From the IMG/VR virus record IMGVR_UViG_3300015366_000220: a stretch of DNA of 64,000 nt; one strand, 5' to 3'. The DNA comes from an uncultured virus (IMG/VR IMGVR_UViG_3300015366_000220) (taxonomy: Duplodnaviria > Heunggongvirae > Uroviricota > Caudoviricetes). The position numbers and the translations under genes were made by a program. The notes beneath the pieces are model-generated. The model was not told the DNA's origin and made no database searches. It saw nothing but the letters and a program-made list of their open reading frames with translations. Positions 16,782 to 26,290 of this stretch are shown piece by piece; position 1 is the first letter of the stretch, and each line of letters begins with the position of its first letter.

Positions 16782-16935
16782 TATCCGAATTTTTTATGAT
16801 ATGCTCTTTGAGTTCTGTGCAGAATTTATGTAGTTCCTCTTCTGTCATATAATGAATACTATCGGATTTTGATAGAAATTCTTTAGCTCTTTTTTCTCTG
16901 AGTCTTGGTGTGATATCGATAATTTGTGCACTCAT
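16702..16935 (-). CDS. hypothetical protein
   Basis: ORF track; overlapping start/stop. Confidence 0.55.
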   Translation of the reverse strand: MSAQIIDITPRLREKRAKEFLSKSDSIHYMTEEELHKFCTELKEHIIKNSDNVYRDPDGNDFVQFGGEFWSIGKDES

Positions 16936-17267
16936 TTTGTGTTATATCCTCTCATATCCAATTGGTGATTTTTGGGTATATTACCCCTAATAAATTCGTA
17001 GGTAGGACCACAATTTTCCATTGCTTTAGTAAACGCACCCACAGTACCATCATGCCAACACTTACCTATCACATTCTTTACTTTTACCCACTTAACATTA
17101 TTTTCTGGTCTACCACTATACATATTTTTAAAGGAATAACCATCACTTATACCTCCACTCATGGAGCATATTGACATTGGTCTACACCAATCATCTGCAT
17201 GAAAGATGTCATCTTTTTCCAGAATATATACAGTTAACATTGATCCTGATCCCTCTTTTCCTTCCAC
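16932..17267 (-). CDS. hypothetical protein
   Basis: ORF track. Confidence 0.55.
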   Translation of the reverse strand: MEGKEGSGSMLTVYILEKDDIFHADDWCRPMSICSMSGGISDGYSFKNMYSGRPENNVKWVKVKNVIGKCWHDGTVGAFTKAMENCGPTYEFIRGNIPKNHQLDMRGYNTK

Positions 17268-17602
17268 TGCTCAAATTCTCTAACTAGTTCTTCATGACGG
17301 ATCTCGTTGATTTCAAGATACCACTCTCTCAAAACAATACCATCCTCTCTATTAGCAACATAACCGACAATTGTTTGTGGTATGCCATATCTAACTGATC
17401 TCTCAACAGAGAACACTTCTATCACATTAAAATCGATAGCTACACCAGCATTTCGACTCATGAACGTAACTTTCTTTTTATATTCTTCGTGTGCCCGTTC
17501 CGCATTTTCGGCACGAACTCTTAGATCATCAATTTGTAATTTCAAATCCGCATTGTCTTCAATAAGAGTTTGGATTCTTTGATCATTAAAAAGACACTTC
17601 AT
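17234..17602 (-). CDS. hypothetical coiled-coil protein
   Basis: ORF track. Confidence 0.6.
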   Translation of the reverse strand: MKCLFNDQRIQTLIEDNADLKLQIDDLRVRAENAERAHEEYKKKVTFMSRNAGVAIDFNVIEVFSVERSVRYGIPQTIVGYVANREDGIVLREWYLEINEIRHEELVREFEQWKEKRDQDQC

Positions 17603-17604
17603 TT

Positions 17605-18582
17605 CTATCTCCCACTCAATTTAAAAACAAATATTGGTTCATACTTAAATCCACCACGCACAATACTAGATAATTGATATCTCAGCGTTTCGAGGTGATC
17701 AAATCCTTCTTCTACCGCAATTAGAACACAATCATTTTCAAGGTTCTTGTGTGATATGACATTTGCAACATTTATAGCAAGTGTACCACCACTTCGCATA
17801 CATTGTCTACAGTTTTGTATTGTTTTTCTTAAAAAATTATTGTTCCAGCTATCCACATTTGGATATCGTAAAAAGCTCTGTGTTGATTCATCTGCATACT
17901 GTTCGGTATTAAAATATGGTGGTGATGTAAAGCACATATCAACTAACTCATTTGGTACAAAATCCTCACTACCAATCATATGTAAATCAGTTTCCATGCC
18001 CATATGGGAGAAGTCATTTGACATAGAAAGCAATCCAGCCATAGTCTTGCTGCTTGGATCAGTTCCTATATATTTCGTTACTGTGCCACTTGCATATGCA
18101 CCAAGAAGCCTCCCACCAAAACCACACGACATATCCCACACAACACCACCACCATACTTTCTATAGATTGCTGCTGCTGATGATGGTCTGAAATTACTAA
18201 CAGATTGCACACCCGAATAACTACGCAATGCTTTTCTTATCTGTGAATCTGTCATAGAACCATCTTCACGAAGCATGGATAAGCCACCACGTTTCAACCT
18301 ACGTTCAACTGCCTTTTTGAGCAATACATCATCATTCCATATATCCATTGGAGTCTTCATTGTTCTGGTTTTTACGTCCCACGCATGAGGGAAGTAACTC
18401 CATGCCAACCCCAATGCATGCATTGTCTGTCTAACCAAATCATTTACAATGATAGAGTCCAAGTCAAATCTACACATCTTATCAAATTCACTCAGATCTT
18501 TTGTGTAATATGGGAATCCCCTAGAGATAACGTATTGGTATGCAGTCTCTAGGGTATCAGGATCAATGTCTATTGTCGTCAT
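17605..18582 (-). CDS. DNA amino-methyltransferase (N4-C/N6-A type)
   Basis: SAM-binding DMSCGFGGRLLG and catalytic FTSPPYF motifs. Confidence 0.85.
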   Translation of the reverse strand: MTTIDIDPDTLETAYQYVISRGFPYYTKDLSEFDKMCRFDLDSIIVNDLVRQTMHALGLAWSYFPHAWDVKTRTMKTPMDIWNDDVLLKKAVERRLKRGGLSMLREDGSMTDSQIRKALRSYSGVQSVSNFRPSSAAAIYRKYGGGVVWDMSCGFGGRLLGAYASGTVTKYIGTDPSSKTMAGLLSMSNDFSHMGMETDLHMIGSEDFVPNELVDMCFTSPPYFNTEQYADESTQSFLRYPNVDSWNNNFLRKTIQNCRQCMRSGGTLAINVANVISHKNLENDCVLIAVEEGFDHLETLRYQLSSIVRGGFKYEPIFVFKLSGR

Positions 18583-19898
18583 TTAATCCTATCCGATGAA
18601 TCTGCTTCTGATTTGTCTTCTCTGATTTCCAAGAAAATTGGCAGAAACAAACTATCCCCACCCTGCTTATTTGTAATTCGGGCATTATATTTAATAGTGA
18701 CGATCTTGCCAATCAAATCACTACTTACTAAATTCTCTCGTTGTGCTTTAGTGAGACCAGAACCGACACTAACCTTCACGATACCATCTGAAGATTCACA
18801 TACAATAGCACCAATCATTTTATTGTTTTTTCGATGTGGTTCGACATTAACAATTTTGAGATCACAATCCAATTCACCCTTGAATTTGATCTGGTGCTTT
18901 GCTCTCTTGTCTTCCCATACACCACGCAAATCTTTTAAGATAATTCCTTCATGACCTGCTTCAAAATATGTCTGAAACATATTCTGTGTTTCTCTCACAT
19001 CATTAACAATGACTGTTTCAACAACAGAAACCATATGACTCAGATTTCCTAGATGTTCGAATGCAGTAACCACAGTAGCAAGTCGTGTCTGATAATCAAC
19101 ATCACACTTACCAGCCCAAAAAGATTTCACTGGAATAATATCCCACACAACTGCACGAATACCGGATACCTCGTCATCAGATATGGTTCCTTTCACCGCT
19201 TTGTTGAGAATACCATTACCTGTCTTTCTGTCTAATGGTTTTCCTGCACTATCCACCACAAGCAATTCACCATCAAACACAACATTTCCGATGTCAACAT
19301 TTTTTGCCATCTTAATGAATGCAGCATCAAGTACCACATTATTAATTAAAATATATTTACCATTTCGAGACCTATATTCCACAGAATCACCACACACAAT
19401 GGCATTAAACCGCATACCATCCATTTTCATTTGTGCAATGGTTGGGAATTGAATCCCATCAACCAATTTAATATCAAATGTGGATGCCAACATACATGGA
19501 TACTCAGACACCAATCCCTTCCAAATCTTATTGGCAGTAGATGCCTGTACACCACAGTTTAGGTCTTTTTTGATAATGCGTTCGATCACTTTAGCATCAC
19601 TCTCAGTGAGAGATTCTAATAGTTTTGTGAGATATTCAATGGCAGCATGCCCAGTGACCTTGCGATCAGATAAATCCCCAAGTGCACTCATGGCAGAGGA
19701 TAAATCCATATCTGAATGACCACTTCTGGGTGTATACTCTGGGATTTTGCGCTGGTAGAATTGCGTATTCGGATCTAACGCAAGAAATACCGCTGTTTTT
19801 AGATCAGCAAGTAATTGATATCTCGTAAGTATTGCCTCTTTTTCGAGGCGAGATGATACTGCGGAAAGTTGATCAAAAATATGATTAATGTTTTTCAT
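18579..19898 (-). CDS. gp30: ATP-dependent DNA ligase (T4 gp30-like)
   Basis: QMKMDGMR, FDGELL, EGIILK and FLPIFLEIREDK motifs. Confidence 0.95.
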   Translation of the reverse strand: MKNINHIFDQLSAVSSRLEKEAILTRYQLLADLKTAVFLALDPNTQFYQRKIPEYTPRSGHSDMDLSSAMSALGDLSDRKVTGHAAIEYLTKLLESLTESDAKVIERIIKKDLNCGVQASTANKIWKGLVSEYPCMLASTFDIKLVDGIQFPTIAQMKMDGMRFNAIVCGDSVEYRSRNGKYILINNVVLDAAFIKMAKNVDIGNVVFDGELLVVDSAGKPLDRKTGNGILNKAVKGTISDDEVSGIRAVVWDIIPVKSFWAGKCDVDYQTRLATVVTAFEHLGNLSHMVSVVETVIVNDVRETQNMFQTYFEAGHEGIILKDLRGVWEDKRAKHQIKFKGELDCDLKIVNVEPHRKNNKMIGAIVCESSDGIVKVSVGSGLTKAQRENLVSSDLIGKIVTIKYNARITNKQGGDSLFLPIFLEIREDKSEADSSDRIK

Positions 19899-19904
19899 AA
19901 TGAA

Positions 19905-19933
19905 ATGTTACCATATATTTCATTGGATGTAAA
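19905..19933 (-). promoter_or_regulatory. sigma70-like promoter of the ligase gene (probably leaderless)
   Basis: TTTACA-N17-TAACAT, 6 nt before the ATG. Confidence 0.55.
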
Positions 19934-19936
19934 GGG

Positions 19937-20884
19937 TTATTTGTTTTCTAATACGATCACTGGTTCGACAAATATCCCAGCTGAATTGGATTTAGACCCA
20001 ACACGTTTAGCCATCCTATATCCCATAACATACGGATTCATGTGGGAATATTTCTCCAGAATTGGTTGTACGATTCTGTTGTATGTATGATTTCCATACA
20101 TATCACTAATGTTAAGCACCAGATGACCACCAGACTCAAGAACAGATATAGAATTGTCCATCATAGCAAACAAGAACTTATCCATCCATTCATCGAATTT
20201 CTTATATAGCGCATGTGATGATTTTTCGCCCTGATATTTTTCAGCCTTCCAATACGGAGGTGAGGTGAAAACCAAATCATATTTACCATCCGGAGGACTG
20301 ATCTCTGATCCTTCATACTCAAATGATATATTACATGTGTGTTCATACATGTATTGCATAGATGCATACCCAGCAAGTACCAATGGATTAGTATCCCTGC
20401 AATGATAATCTATTCCAGAAGCCATGGCAGCAATGAGCCTATCTCCCCAACCACCACATGGATCATATACTCGTGTGGCATTGAACATGCTATATATCGC
20501 CATAGCTGCTGTTGGTCTGAATTGTGATGCAATGTACTTACGTAGTGCCATTGCTGTTTTTGGATTAGCATCGAAAAATTTACTATTCTCCAAAGTCTTT
20601 CTGTGTTTTTTCTGATACCAATTCCGAATTGGTGATGGTGATGTTAATGAGTCACATGCCATTCTGGTTGCCCAATGATGTCTATTGGACGCTATCATTC
20701 CAGTTTTATCTGAATCAATATATTTTGGGATATAGTATTGGTTATCAAATTCTGACCTAGAAAACCAATCACCATCTTTTAATAGAGATGTGTGTTTATT
20801 ATTTTTATGGAATGCAATTAGATCATTATAATCTGCGAATGCTTCTGTGTCAGAAGGCGGGGGAATTGGAAACAAATTGGTCAC
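19937..20884 (-). CDS. DNA amino-methyltransferase (second, paralogous type)
   Basis: SQFRP, DPCGGWGDRL and FTSPPYW motifs. Confidence 0.85.
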   Translation of the reverse strand: MTNLFPIPPPSDTEAFADYNDLIAFHKNNKHTSLLKDGDWFSRSEFDNQYYIPKYIDSDKTGMIASNRHHWATRMACDSLTSPSPIRNWYQKKHRKTLENSKFFDANPKTAMALRKYIASQFRPTAAMAIYSMFNATRVYDPCGGWGDRLIAAMASGIDYHCRDTNPLVLAGYASMQYMYEHTCNISFEYEGSEISPPDGKYDLVFTSPPYWKAEKYQGEKSSHALYKKFDEWMDKFLFAMMDNSISVLESGGHLVLNISDMYGNHTYNRIVQPILEKYSHMNPYVMGYRMAKRVGSKSNSAGIFVEPVIVLENK

Positions 20885-20914
20885 TTAGTATCCTCACATA
20901 ATAAAATCAAAATG

Positions 20915-21006
20915 CGGTTTATCTCCAAATTGCAAGCTTGGTGATCCTATTAATCCAGTGAATCATATTCACGACACTATACACCAGCAAGGTTTAGTGT
21001 GGATTC
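20915..21006 (-). ncRNA. candidate structured late RNA / leader with Ala(UGC) anticodon-like hairpin
   Basis: Stems AAUCC/GGAUU, ACACUA/UAGUGU, GUGAAU/AUUCAC and CCAAG-CUUGCAA-UUUGG in a 130-nt intergenic gap. Confidence 0.45.
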
Positions 21007-21010
21007 GTTT

Positions 21011-21018
21011 TATTTATA
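21011..21018 (-). promoter_or_regulatory. T4-type late promoter
   Basis: TATAAATA. Confidence 0.6.
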
Positions 21019-21279
21019 TTATCCGATAGTTACAGACTTAACCTTATCCACATAAAAAGATTTCCATGCACCAGCATCCACATCCCAGACGGATACTAAA
21101 TTATCTGGTCTAGCATTCTCCTGCAAGAGAACCTGATCCGGTGCTGGATTATTGGGGAGATATTCCCCAAGAAGAGTACAATTCATTGTACGCTCTGTGC
21201 CATCATTCTTAATAAATGAAATGGTTATTATTCCATTTTGGAGTAGACTCACAATATTATGTTTAGTAAATACGTTCAC
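21019..21279 (-). CDS. conserved T4-like SH3/WYL-like (DUF2693-type) protein
   Basis: F.K.DGTER.M.CTL and VWD....WKSF motifs. Confidence 0.75.
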   Translation of the reverse strand: MNVFTKHNIVSLLQNGIITISFIKNDGTERTMNCTLLGEYLPNNPAPDQVLLQENARPDNLVSVWDVDAGAWKSFYVDKVKSVTIG

Positions 21280-22235
21280 ACTTTTCTCCTAAAATAGTCA
21301 ATAGTTTTATCAAGCCCATCACTCAACATTACTTTAGGCTCCCAACCCAAAATAGTTTTGGCTTTGGTTATGTCTGGTTGTCTCTGTTTTGGGTCATCCA
21401 GAACAGCATCCACAAAGGTGATGTTACCAGAACCAATCTTCTTGGTAATTATATCAGATAATTGTGCAATTGTAAACTCCGCTGGATTCCCTATATTTAT
21501 AGGCGAATTCTCATTGGTAAATGCGTATCTTATAATACCATCAACCAGATCGTCAACATAACAAAATGATCTGGTTTGTGATCCAGTACCGTATATTTTA
21601 ATGCTTTCATTTTTCAATGCAGCGACAATGAAATTGGATACTACTCTACCATCATTAACAGCCATGTGCGGACCATAAGTGTTGAATATTCTCACTATAC
21701 CAGAATTGGTATCATATTTCCGATTGTAATCCGAAAATAATGTTTCTGCCCCACGCTTACCTTCATCGTAACATGAACGAATTCCAATAGTATTGACGTT
21801 ACCAAAATACTCTTCCGTCTGTGGATGTATCAGCGGATCACCATATACCTCTGATGTTGATGCTTGCACAACTCTAACTCGTAATTTGTTCGCCAAATTT
21901 AATACGTTTCTAGCACCAATAATGTTGGTCATAAATGTGTATGTTGGATCTTTTTGGTAATGTACTGGGGATGCTGGGCATGCCAAATTTATGATTAAAT
22001 CAACGCCCATGATGCCAGACATAGTATTATAGAATGAATCACTTGTTATATCCATCTTATACATATCAAAATTTGCATACTTATAACATTCATACAAATT
22101 CTGCATACTACCAGTATACATATTATCTACACAAATGACTTCATGTGATTCTTGAAGAAGTCTATTACATAAATGTGATCCAATAAATCCTGCGCCACCA
22201 GTTACTATAATTTTCATATCAAACCTCTGTCTCAT
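21276..22235 (-). CDS. uxs: UDP-glucuronate decarboxylase (UDP-xylose synthase)-like SDR
   Basis: TGGAGFIGSHL, LACPASPVHYQ, ASTSEVYGDP, CYDEGKR and DGRVVSNF motifs. Confidence 0.9.
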   Translation of the reverse strand: MRQRFDMKIIVTGGAGFIGSHLCNRLLQESHEVICVDNMYTGSMQNLYECYKYANFDMYKMDITSDSFYNTMSGIMGVDLIINLACPASPVHYQKDPTYTFMTNIIGARNVLNLANKLRVRVVQASTSEVYGDPLIHPQTEEYFGNVNTIGIRSCYDEGKRGAETLFSDYNRKYDTNSGIVRIFNTYGPHMAVNDGRVVSNFIVAALKNESIKIYGTGSQTRSFCYVDDLVDGIIRYAFTNENSPINIGNPAEFTIAQLSDIITKKIGSGNITFVDAVLDDPKQRQPDITKAKTILGWEPKVMLSDGLDKTIDYFRRKV

Positions 22236-22818
22236 ATTTGTATTTCATATATCTAGCCAAATACCATGCATCGACTATATCTGTGGTAGGATTTCCTAAT
22301 TTTGTGGTTGGTGATATTATCTTGTGTAAATTCTGTACACCAGAATCTACACAGAATGAATTATACATCAACTGTTTGTCGGCATTACCTTTCCCCGTGG
22401 CGAACTTTTTCAGCGTAGATGGTGAAACGGTATCGAAATCATATTCATTTTTATATAGCATGTATTTCATTAAACCGCAATTTTCTGCAATGTGGAAAAC
22501 TTTCCCCTTAGACCCAAAAGAATAGTCTTCAATCATAATGTATATATCTCTATCATCCAGTCCATTCAATATATCCAAAACCCAAGTTGCTATATTTTCG
22601 TATCTCTCTTGTTCTGAATAATATTCATCGTGTAGGATTCCGAGGATATTACACATACCAGTATCAATCTGCCCTGTGAGTTTAATCTTATCTGTTAAAT
22701 AATATCCCTTACAGTTTGCTTCTATTTTACTACCACATATAACAACTGCTGGACTTGTTAGGGAGTAATCAATCCCAATAAACTTCGCCATCGTCGCTCC
22801 CTTCGTCCAAATCTTCAT
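22219..22818 (-). CDS. RuvC-like Holliday junction resolvase
   Basis: IGIDYSLTSP, IEDYSFG, KKFATGKGNADK and DIVDA motifs. Confidence 0.85.
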   Translation of the reverse strand: MKIWTKGATMAKFIGIDYSLTSPAVVICGSKIEANCKGYYLTDKIKLTGQIDTGMCNILGILHDEYYSEQERYENIATWVLDILNGLDDRDIYIMIEDYSFGSKGKVFHIAENCGLMKYMLYKNEYDFDTVSPSTLKKFATGKGNADKQLMYNSFCVDSGVQNLHKIISPTTKLGNPTTDIVDAWYLARYMKYKYETEV

Positions 22819-22990
22819 CTTCTGGGAACATCAACTCATTATTGTTGAAATCTAAATCAGCATTTTTGGTATCAAATTCATCCCCACAAAAGGGGCAATA
22901 TGATGGGCAATCATGGCTAGTATCATTATCATTATAGTGTAATGAGAAAATCGAACTACACTTATCACATACGACCTTTTTTCTTATCAT
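22769..22990 (-). CDS. small zinc-ribbon protein
   Basis: CDKC...CPFCG with acidic tail. Confidence 0.65.
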   Translation of the reverse strand: MIRKKVVCDKCSSIFSLHYNDNDTSHDCPSYCPFCGDEFDTKNADLDFNNNELMFPEDEDLDEGSDDGEVYWD

Positions 22991-22993
22991 GCA

Positions 22994-23299
22994 TTAACTC
23001 CTAGTAATCTCTAATATTTTTTCTATTTGTTTATCTATAATTGGTACTCTATTTGCCCAATGTATATATTCTTTCTCTGGATTCTTTTTCAGGTTATATA
23101 GTAGTGGAAGTATCAAACGTTCCAGCTGCTGTAGCTTATCCTTGAATGCCTCTTCTGTTAATTCTGATATCTTAGTGGCTTCTTCCTCACTGGCGAAGGT
23201 GAATCCAAAATCATCATCGGATTCCAATATATTCTTATCTGACATCGTTTTCTCCGTAGAATAGGTATATTTCAGGATCAACCACACCAGATATATCAC
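22994..23299 (-). CDS. conserved T4-like hypothetical protein (start probably MSDKN)
   Basis: DDFGF, PLL.NL.KNP.KEYI.W.NR motifs. Confidence 0.65.
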   Translation of the reverse strand: MIYLVWLILKYTYSTEKTMSDKNILESDDDFGFTFASEEEATKISELTEEAFKDKLQQLERLILPLLYNLKKNPEKEYIHWANRVPIIDKQIEKILEITRS

Positions 23300-24554
23300 A
23301 TTGCATTATATCAAGAATTTTATCATCGACCAAATCACCATGCACCCACCAATCCTCAAACGAAGATTGTCCTTCTGGGGATATGTCTCCTGCGACTAAT
23401 TTATACCCAAGTGATTCAAGATATTTTCTGGATTTATATCTATATGACTTGGTATCATCCAAATAATAATCATGTTCATATGTGATTGTTCTGAATTTAT
23501 ATTTATCGAATGGTATTGATAGTAATATATCAAATGTTGTTTTTGCTGGATCACAATCCACTTGCAAGTAATCAATTACACCATCAACAGCAAGGGTAGA
23601 TAATAAGGAATCATAATTCACCGTCGTAGCATCACAGCACATAGATGAGTTCTTCCTTGTTGAATTATATTTTTCTACAGCATTAGGATCAATGTCGATG
23701 CCCAATCCAATCCAGTGAAAATCTTTCTCCAATAAGAATGTATTGCTGTTGAATGTTGGATCGGACGATCCAATCTCAAAATATCTTCCGTTTTCCTTTC
23801 CATTTAGAACAGATAGAACAAACAAATCTTGATATACTTGAGAATATGTTTTTGTTATTTTTTCCGATCCAGCAAACTTAAATTTTAATCTATTGTGCTT
23901 GGATTGATCATAGTGCTTGAATGCTTTGCTGCGATTTATACCCAATCTCGACAAATTATCATATACTGCTTTTTTGTGGATGGGATCCATTACGTTATGG
24001 TATTGTTCGGATAGTTCACGGAGAAGTGCCCTACTCTCGTCATTCTTGCCCCACCACCAACCACAGATAGCTTTTTCAAAAATTAAATTATATTTACCAG
24101 CATAATCAACATTGGATTTTAATGGTGGAAGATTGAAATCACATACCCCTAAACCCATAGATGCAATCATATACCCATCCACATATTGGTGTGTTCTTTC
24201 CAGAAGTCTACTGAGTAGGAAATATGCTTCCGGTCTTTTTGGTAAAAGATATATAGCATGTTGCATTATTCTCTTTACTGTATTGTGTCTATTGCCTTGT
24301 CTATCATAACACAATGCGCTGCGCAAAAGACATTCATACGATAGAGTTTTGTCTTCGGTTCTTTCTGCTGCCCTATAGAAATATGTGATGGCTGATGCAG
24401 TTTGATTCATGCTGTCGTATATAGTGGCTAACGTATAATTTTTAGTCGCATCTTCTGTATCTAATGCCAAATCACGAATAGCACCACGTAGAACATTTAC
24501 ATTTTTCGGTTGATTTATATAAATCATATTATTTTCCATAAACAATACCTTCAA
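23235..24554 (-). CDS. TPR-like domain + FkbM-like methyltransferase domain protein
   Basis: P.RPEAYFLLSR helical repeats; YSQ..QD.FV, EIGS, IDYLQVDCDP and FEDWWVH motifs. Confidence 0.75.
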   Translation of the reverse strand: MKVLFMENNMIYINQPKNVNVLRGAIRDLALDTEDATKNYTLATIYDSMNQTASAITYFYRAAERTEDKTLSYECLLRSALCYDRQGNRHNTVKRIMQHAIYLLPKRPEAYFLLSRLLERTHQYVDGYMIASMGLGVCDFNLPPLKSNVDYAGKYNLIFEKAICGWWWGKNDESRALLRELSEQYHNVMDPIHKKAVYDNLSRLGINRSKAFKHYDQSKHNRLKFKFAGSEKITKTYSQVYQDLFVLSVLNGKENGRYFEIGSSDPTFNSNTFLLEKDFHWIGLGIDIDPNAVEKYNSTRKNSSMCCDATTVNYDSLLSTLAVDGVIDYLQVDCDPAKTTFDILLSIPFDKYKFRTITYEHDYYLDDTKSYRYKSRKYLESLGYKLVAGDISPEGQSSFEDWWVHGDLVDDKILDIMQCDISGVVDPEIYLFYGENDVR

Positions 24555-25542
24555 TTACTTCACTTGGACACCTGAGTATATATGCAGCATTATCAGTGAC
24601 ACCAAATGTTATGAGATAATCATCACCATATTTACACATACCAGCACAGAATTCAATTTCTGCGTTTAAGAACGAAAACGGATTTGTGCATATTGACACA
24701 TCCCAATCTTTATCAAATTTGATGATCCTGTGCCTGTATGTGGCATCCTTCTTTCCGTTCTCACTCTGGAAAAGATCAACTTCGTGGGTAATGCAAATAT
24801 GATCACCATTATCTCCTATTGGAATCACTTGTGATCCACCTCTTTGATCACGTATACCATGTAATAATACATTTCCCATATGGACAGTGGTGGATGTCTT
24901 TGTGTCGGGATTAGCCTTAACAATCTCTACAGGTGAACACCACTTAACAAACTGGTAATCCTTATCTATAACTGGCATCCAATTCTTTTCACAATAAGAA
25001 TTCGCATTCACATCTGTGCCAGCAGTTGGTACAGGAATTCTAAATCGTGATATCTCACGAACAGAATCATCTGTTATTTCAATCTCACTTAATTCCATTC
25101 TACCTTGTCCATTTGGTGTTGTGTCACGACGAACACCACATAGGTATAATTTATCGTCCCATCTAAAAACTCTACAATCTTCCAATCCAATAAATTCCCA
25201 TTTAGGTGGTGAATTCAATTTAGAAAAATCCACTTTTCTCACCCATTTCATTCGCAGATCACTGGGATTCAGTTCAGAAAAGAAATTTGTTGTCGTTAGT
25301 GTAATGTCATTTTCTGGGTTGAGATAAGTTAGTGGTCCCCACTCGTGTTCGAATATTCCCTTTTCTGAATGCAGAATAGTGACTTGACAATGACGTATAT
25401 TCACATACAATCTACCATTATCATTATATATTGATGGATTGAATATCCCAGTGCCATTGGTCATTTCTGCTGGGACTACCAATGGATATATATCACCACC
25501 ACTATCAAGTACGATCTTCACAAAATTATCAGTCATGCACAA
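24529..25542 (-). CDS. beta-propeller glycoside hydrolase/phosphorylase-like protein
   Basis: FNPSI, GLEDCR, EKNWMP, RGGSQ, IEFCAG and FGVTD motifs. Confidence 0.7.
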   Translation of the reverse strand: MCMTDNFVKIVLDSGGDIYPLVVPAEMTNGTGIFNPSIYNDNGRLYVNIRHCQVTILHSEKGIFEHEWGPLTYLNPENDITLTTTNFFSELNPSDLRMKWVRKVDFSKLNSPPKWEFIGLEDCRVFRWDDKLYLCGVRRDTTPNGQGRMELSEIEITDDSVREISRFRIPVPTAGTDVNANSYCEKNWMPVIDKDYQFVKWCSPVEIVKANPDTKTSTTVHMGNVLLHGIRDQRGGSQVIPIGDNGDHICITHEVDLFQSENGKKDATYRHRIIKFDKDWDVSICTNPFSFLNAEIEFCAGMCKYGDDYLITFGVTDNAAYILRCPSEVIEGIVYGK

Positions 25543-26290
25543 CTCCCAATAAATTCTCTATTTTAGTATTATTATCAAAATTCATCCACTTGCTACGTAT
25601 CCGTTGTTCGGATATATGATGTGGTATCTTACTGACATCCAAGTTATCTTTTTTATCTACATTATTATTTTCGACAAACAAAGGAAAATTATATATCACA
25701 CCAAGATTCCAATATAAAATATTTTCAACAATTGGCATCATATCATCCACTTCCAATTTGTATATATTATCCGCCATCACATGTCTATCTAGTATTTGCT
25801 TAACCCAATCTCTGCGCATTAGTGATAACCCACCCCACCATCTACCATATCGCATATCAAGATTTAATCTTTTTTCTGTTATATCTTTCAGTGGATATTC
25901 AATTCTAACCAATTGTATACATCGCCAATTAGATGGCAGATTAGCCATGAAATCATCCCACGTAAAATTCCAATGATCTATACTAAAAAAATCATGATCA
26001 TCTTCACAGAAGATAGCATATTCATCATTTGTTTCGTGATACCATCTATTCATACATCTCAAATGTGATATTGCTGCTCCCATACCAGCAGCACACAATG
26101 AATTTATATATTTACCATATACACATAAATCAGGAAGCATTTCATTAAAGGGTACTGTTATATATGGCGTATATGATATGCCATATTTTTCGAATTGTGA
26201 GTTCATAAACTGCTGTCTATGAACTGCACTTTTCAGTGAGATGTAATTTACAGTCGGGAAATTTAATAGTTTATTTTGCCCAGACATCAT
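25529..26290 (-). CDS. GT25-like glycosyltransferase
   Basis: YISL....R, G...SHL and IFCEDD motifs. Confidence 0.75.
   Translation of the reverse strand: MMSGQNKLLNFPTVNYISLKSAVHRQQFMNSQFEKYGISYTPYITVPFNEMLPDLCVYGKYINSLCAAGMGAAISHLRCMNRWYHETNDEYAIFCEDDHDFFSIDHWNFTWDDFMANLPSNWRCIQLVRIEYPLKDITEKRLNLDMRYGRWWGGLSLMRRDWVKQILDRHVMADNIYKLEVDDMMPIVENILYWNLGVIYNFPLFVENNNVDKKDNLDVSKIPHHISEQRIRSKWMNFDNNTKIENLLGVVHD

Noticed and set aside
20915..21006. SAM riboswitch upstream of the methyltransferase
   Set aside because: I could not match SAM-I, SAM-II or SAM-V consensus elements by eye; kept only as an unclassified structured element.
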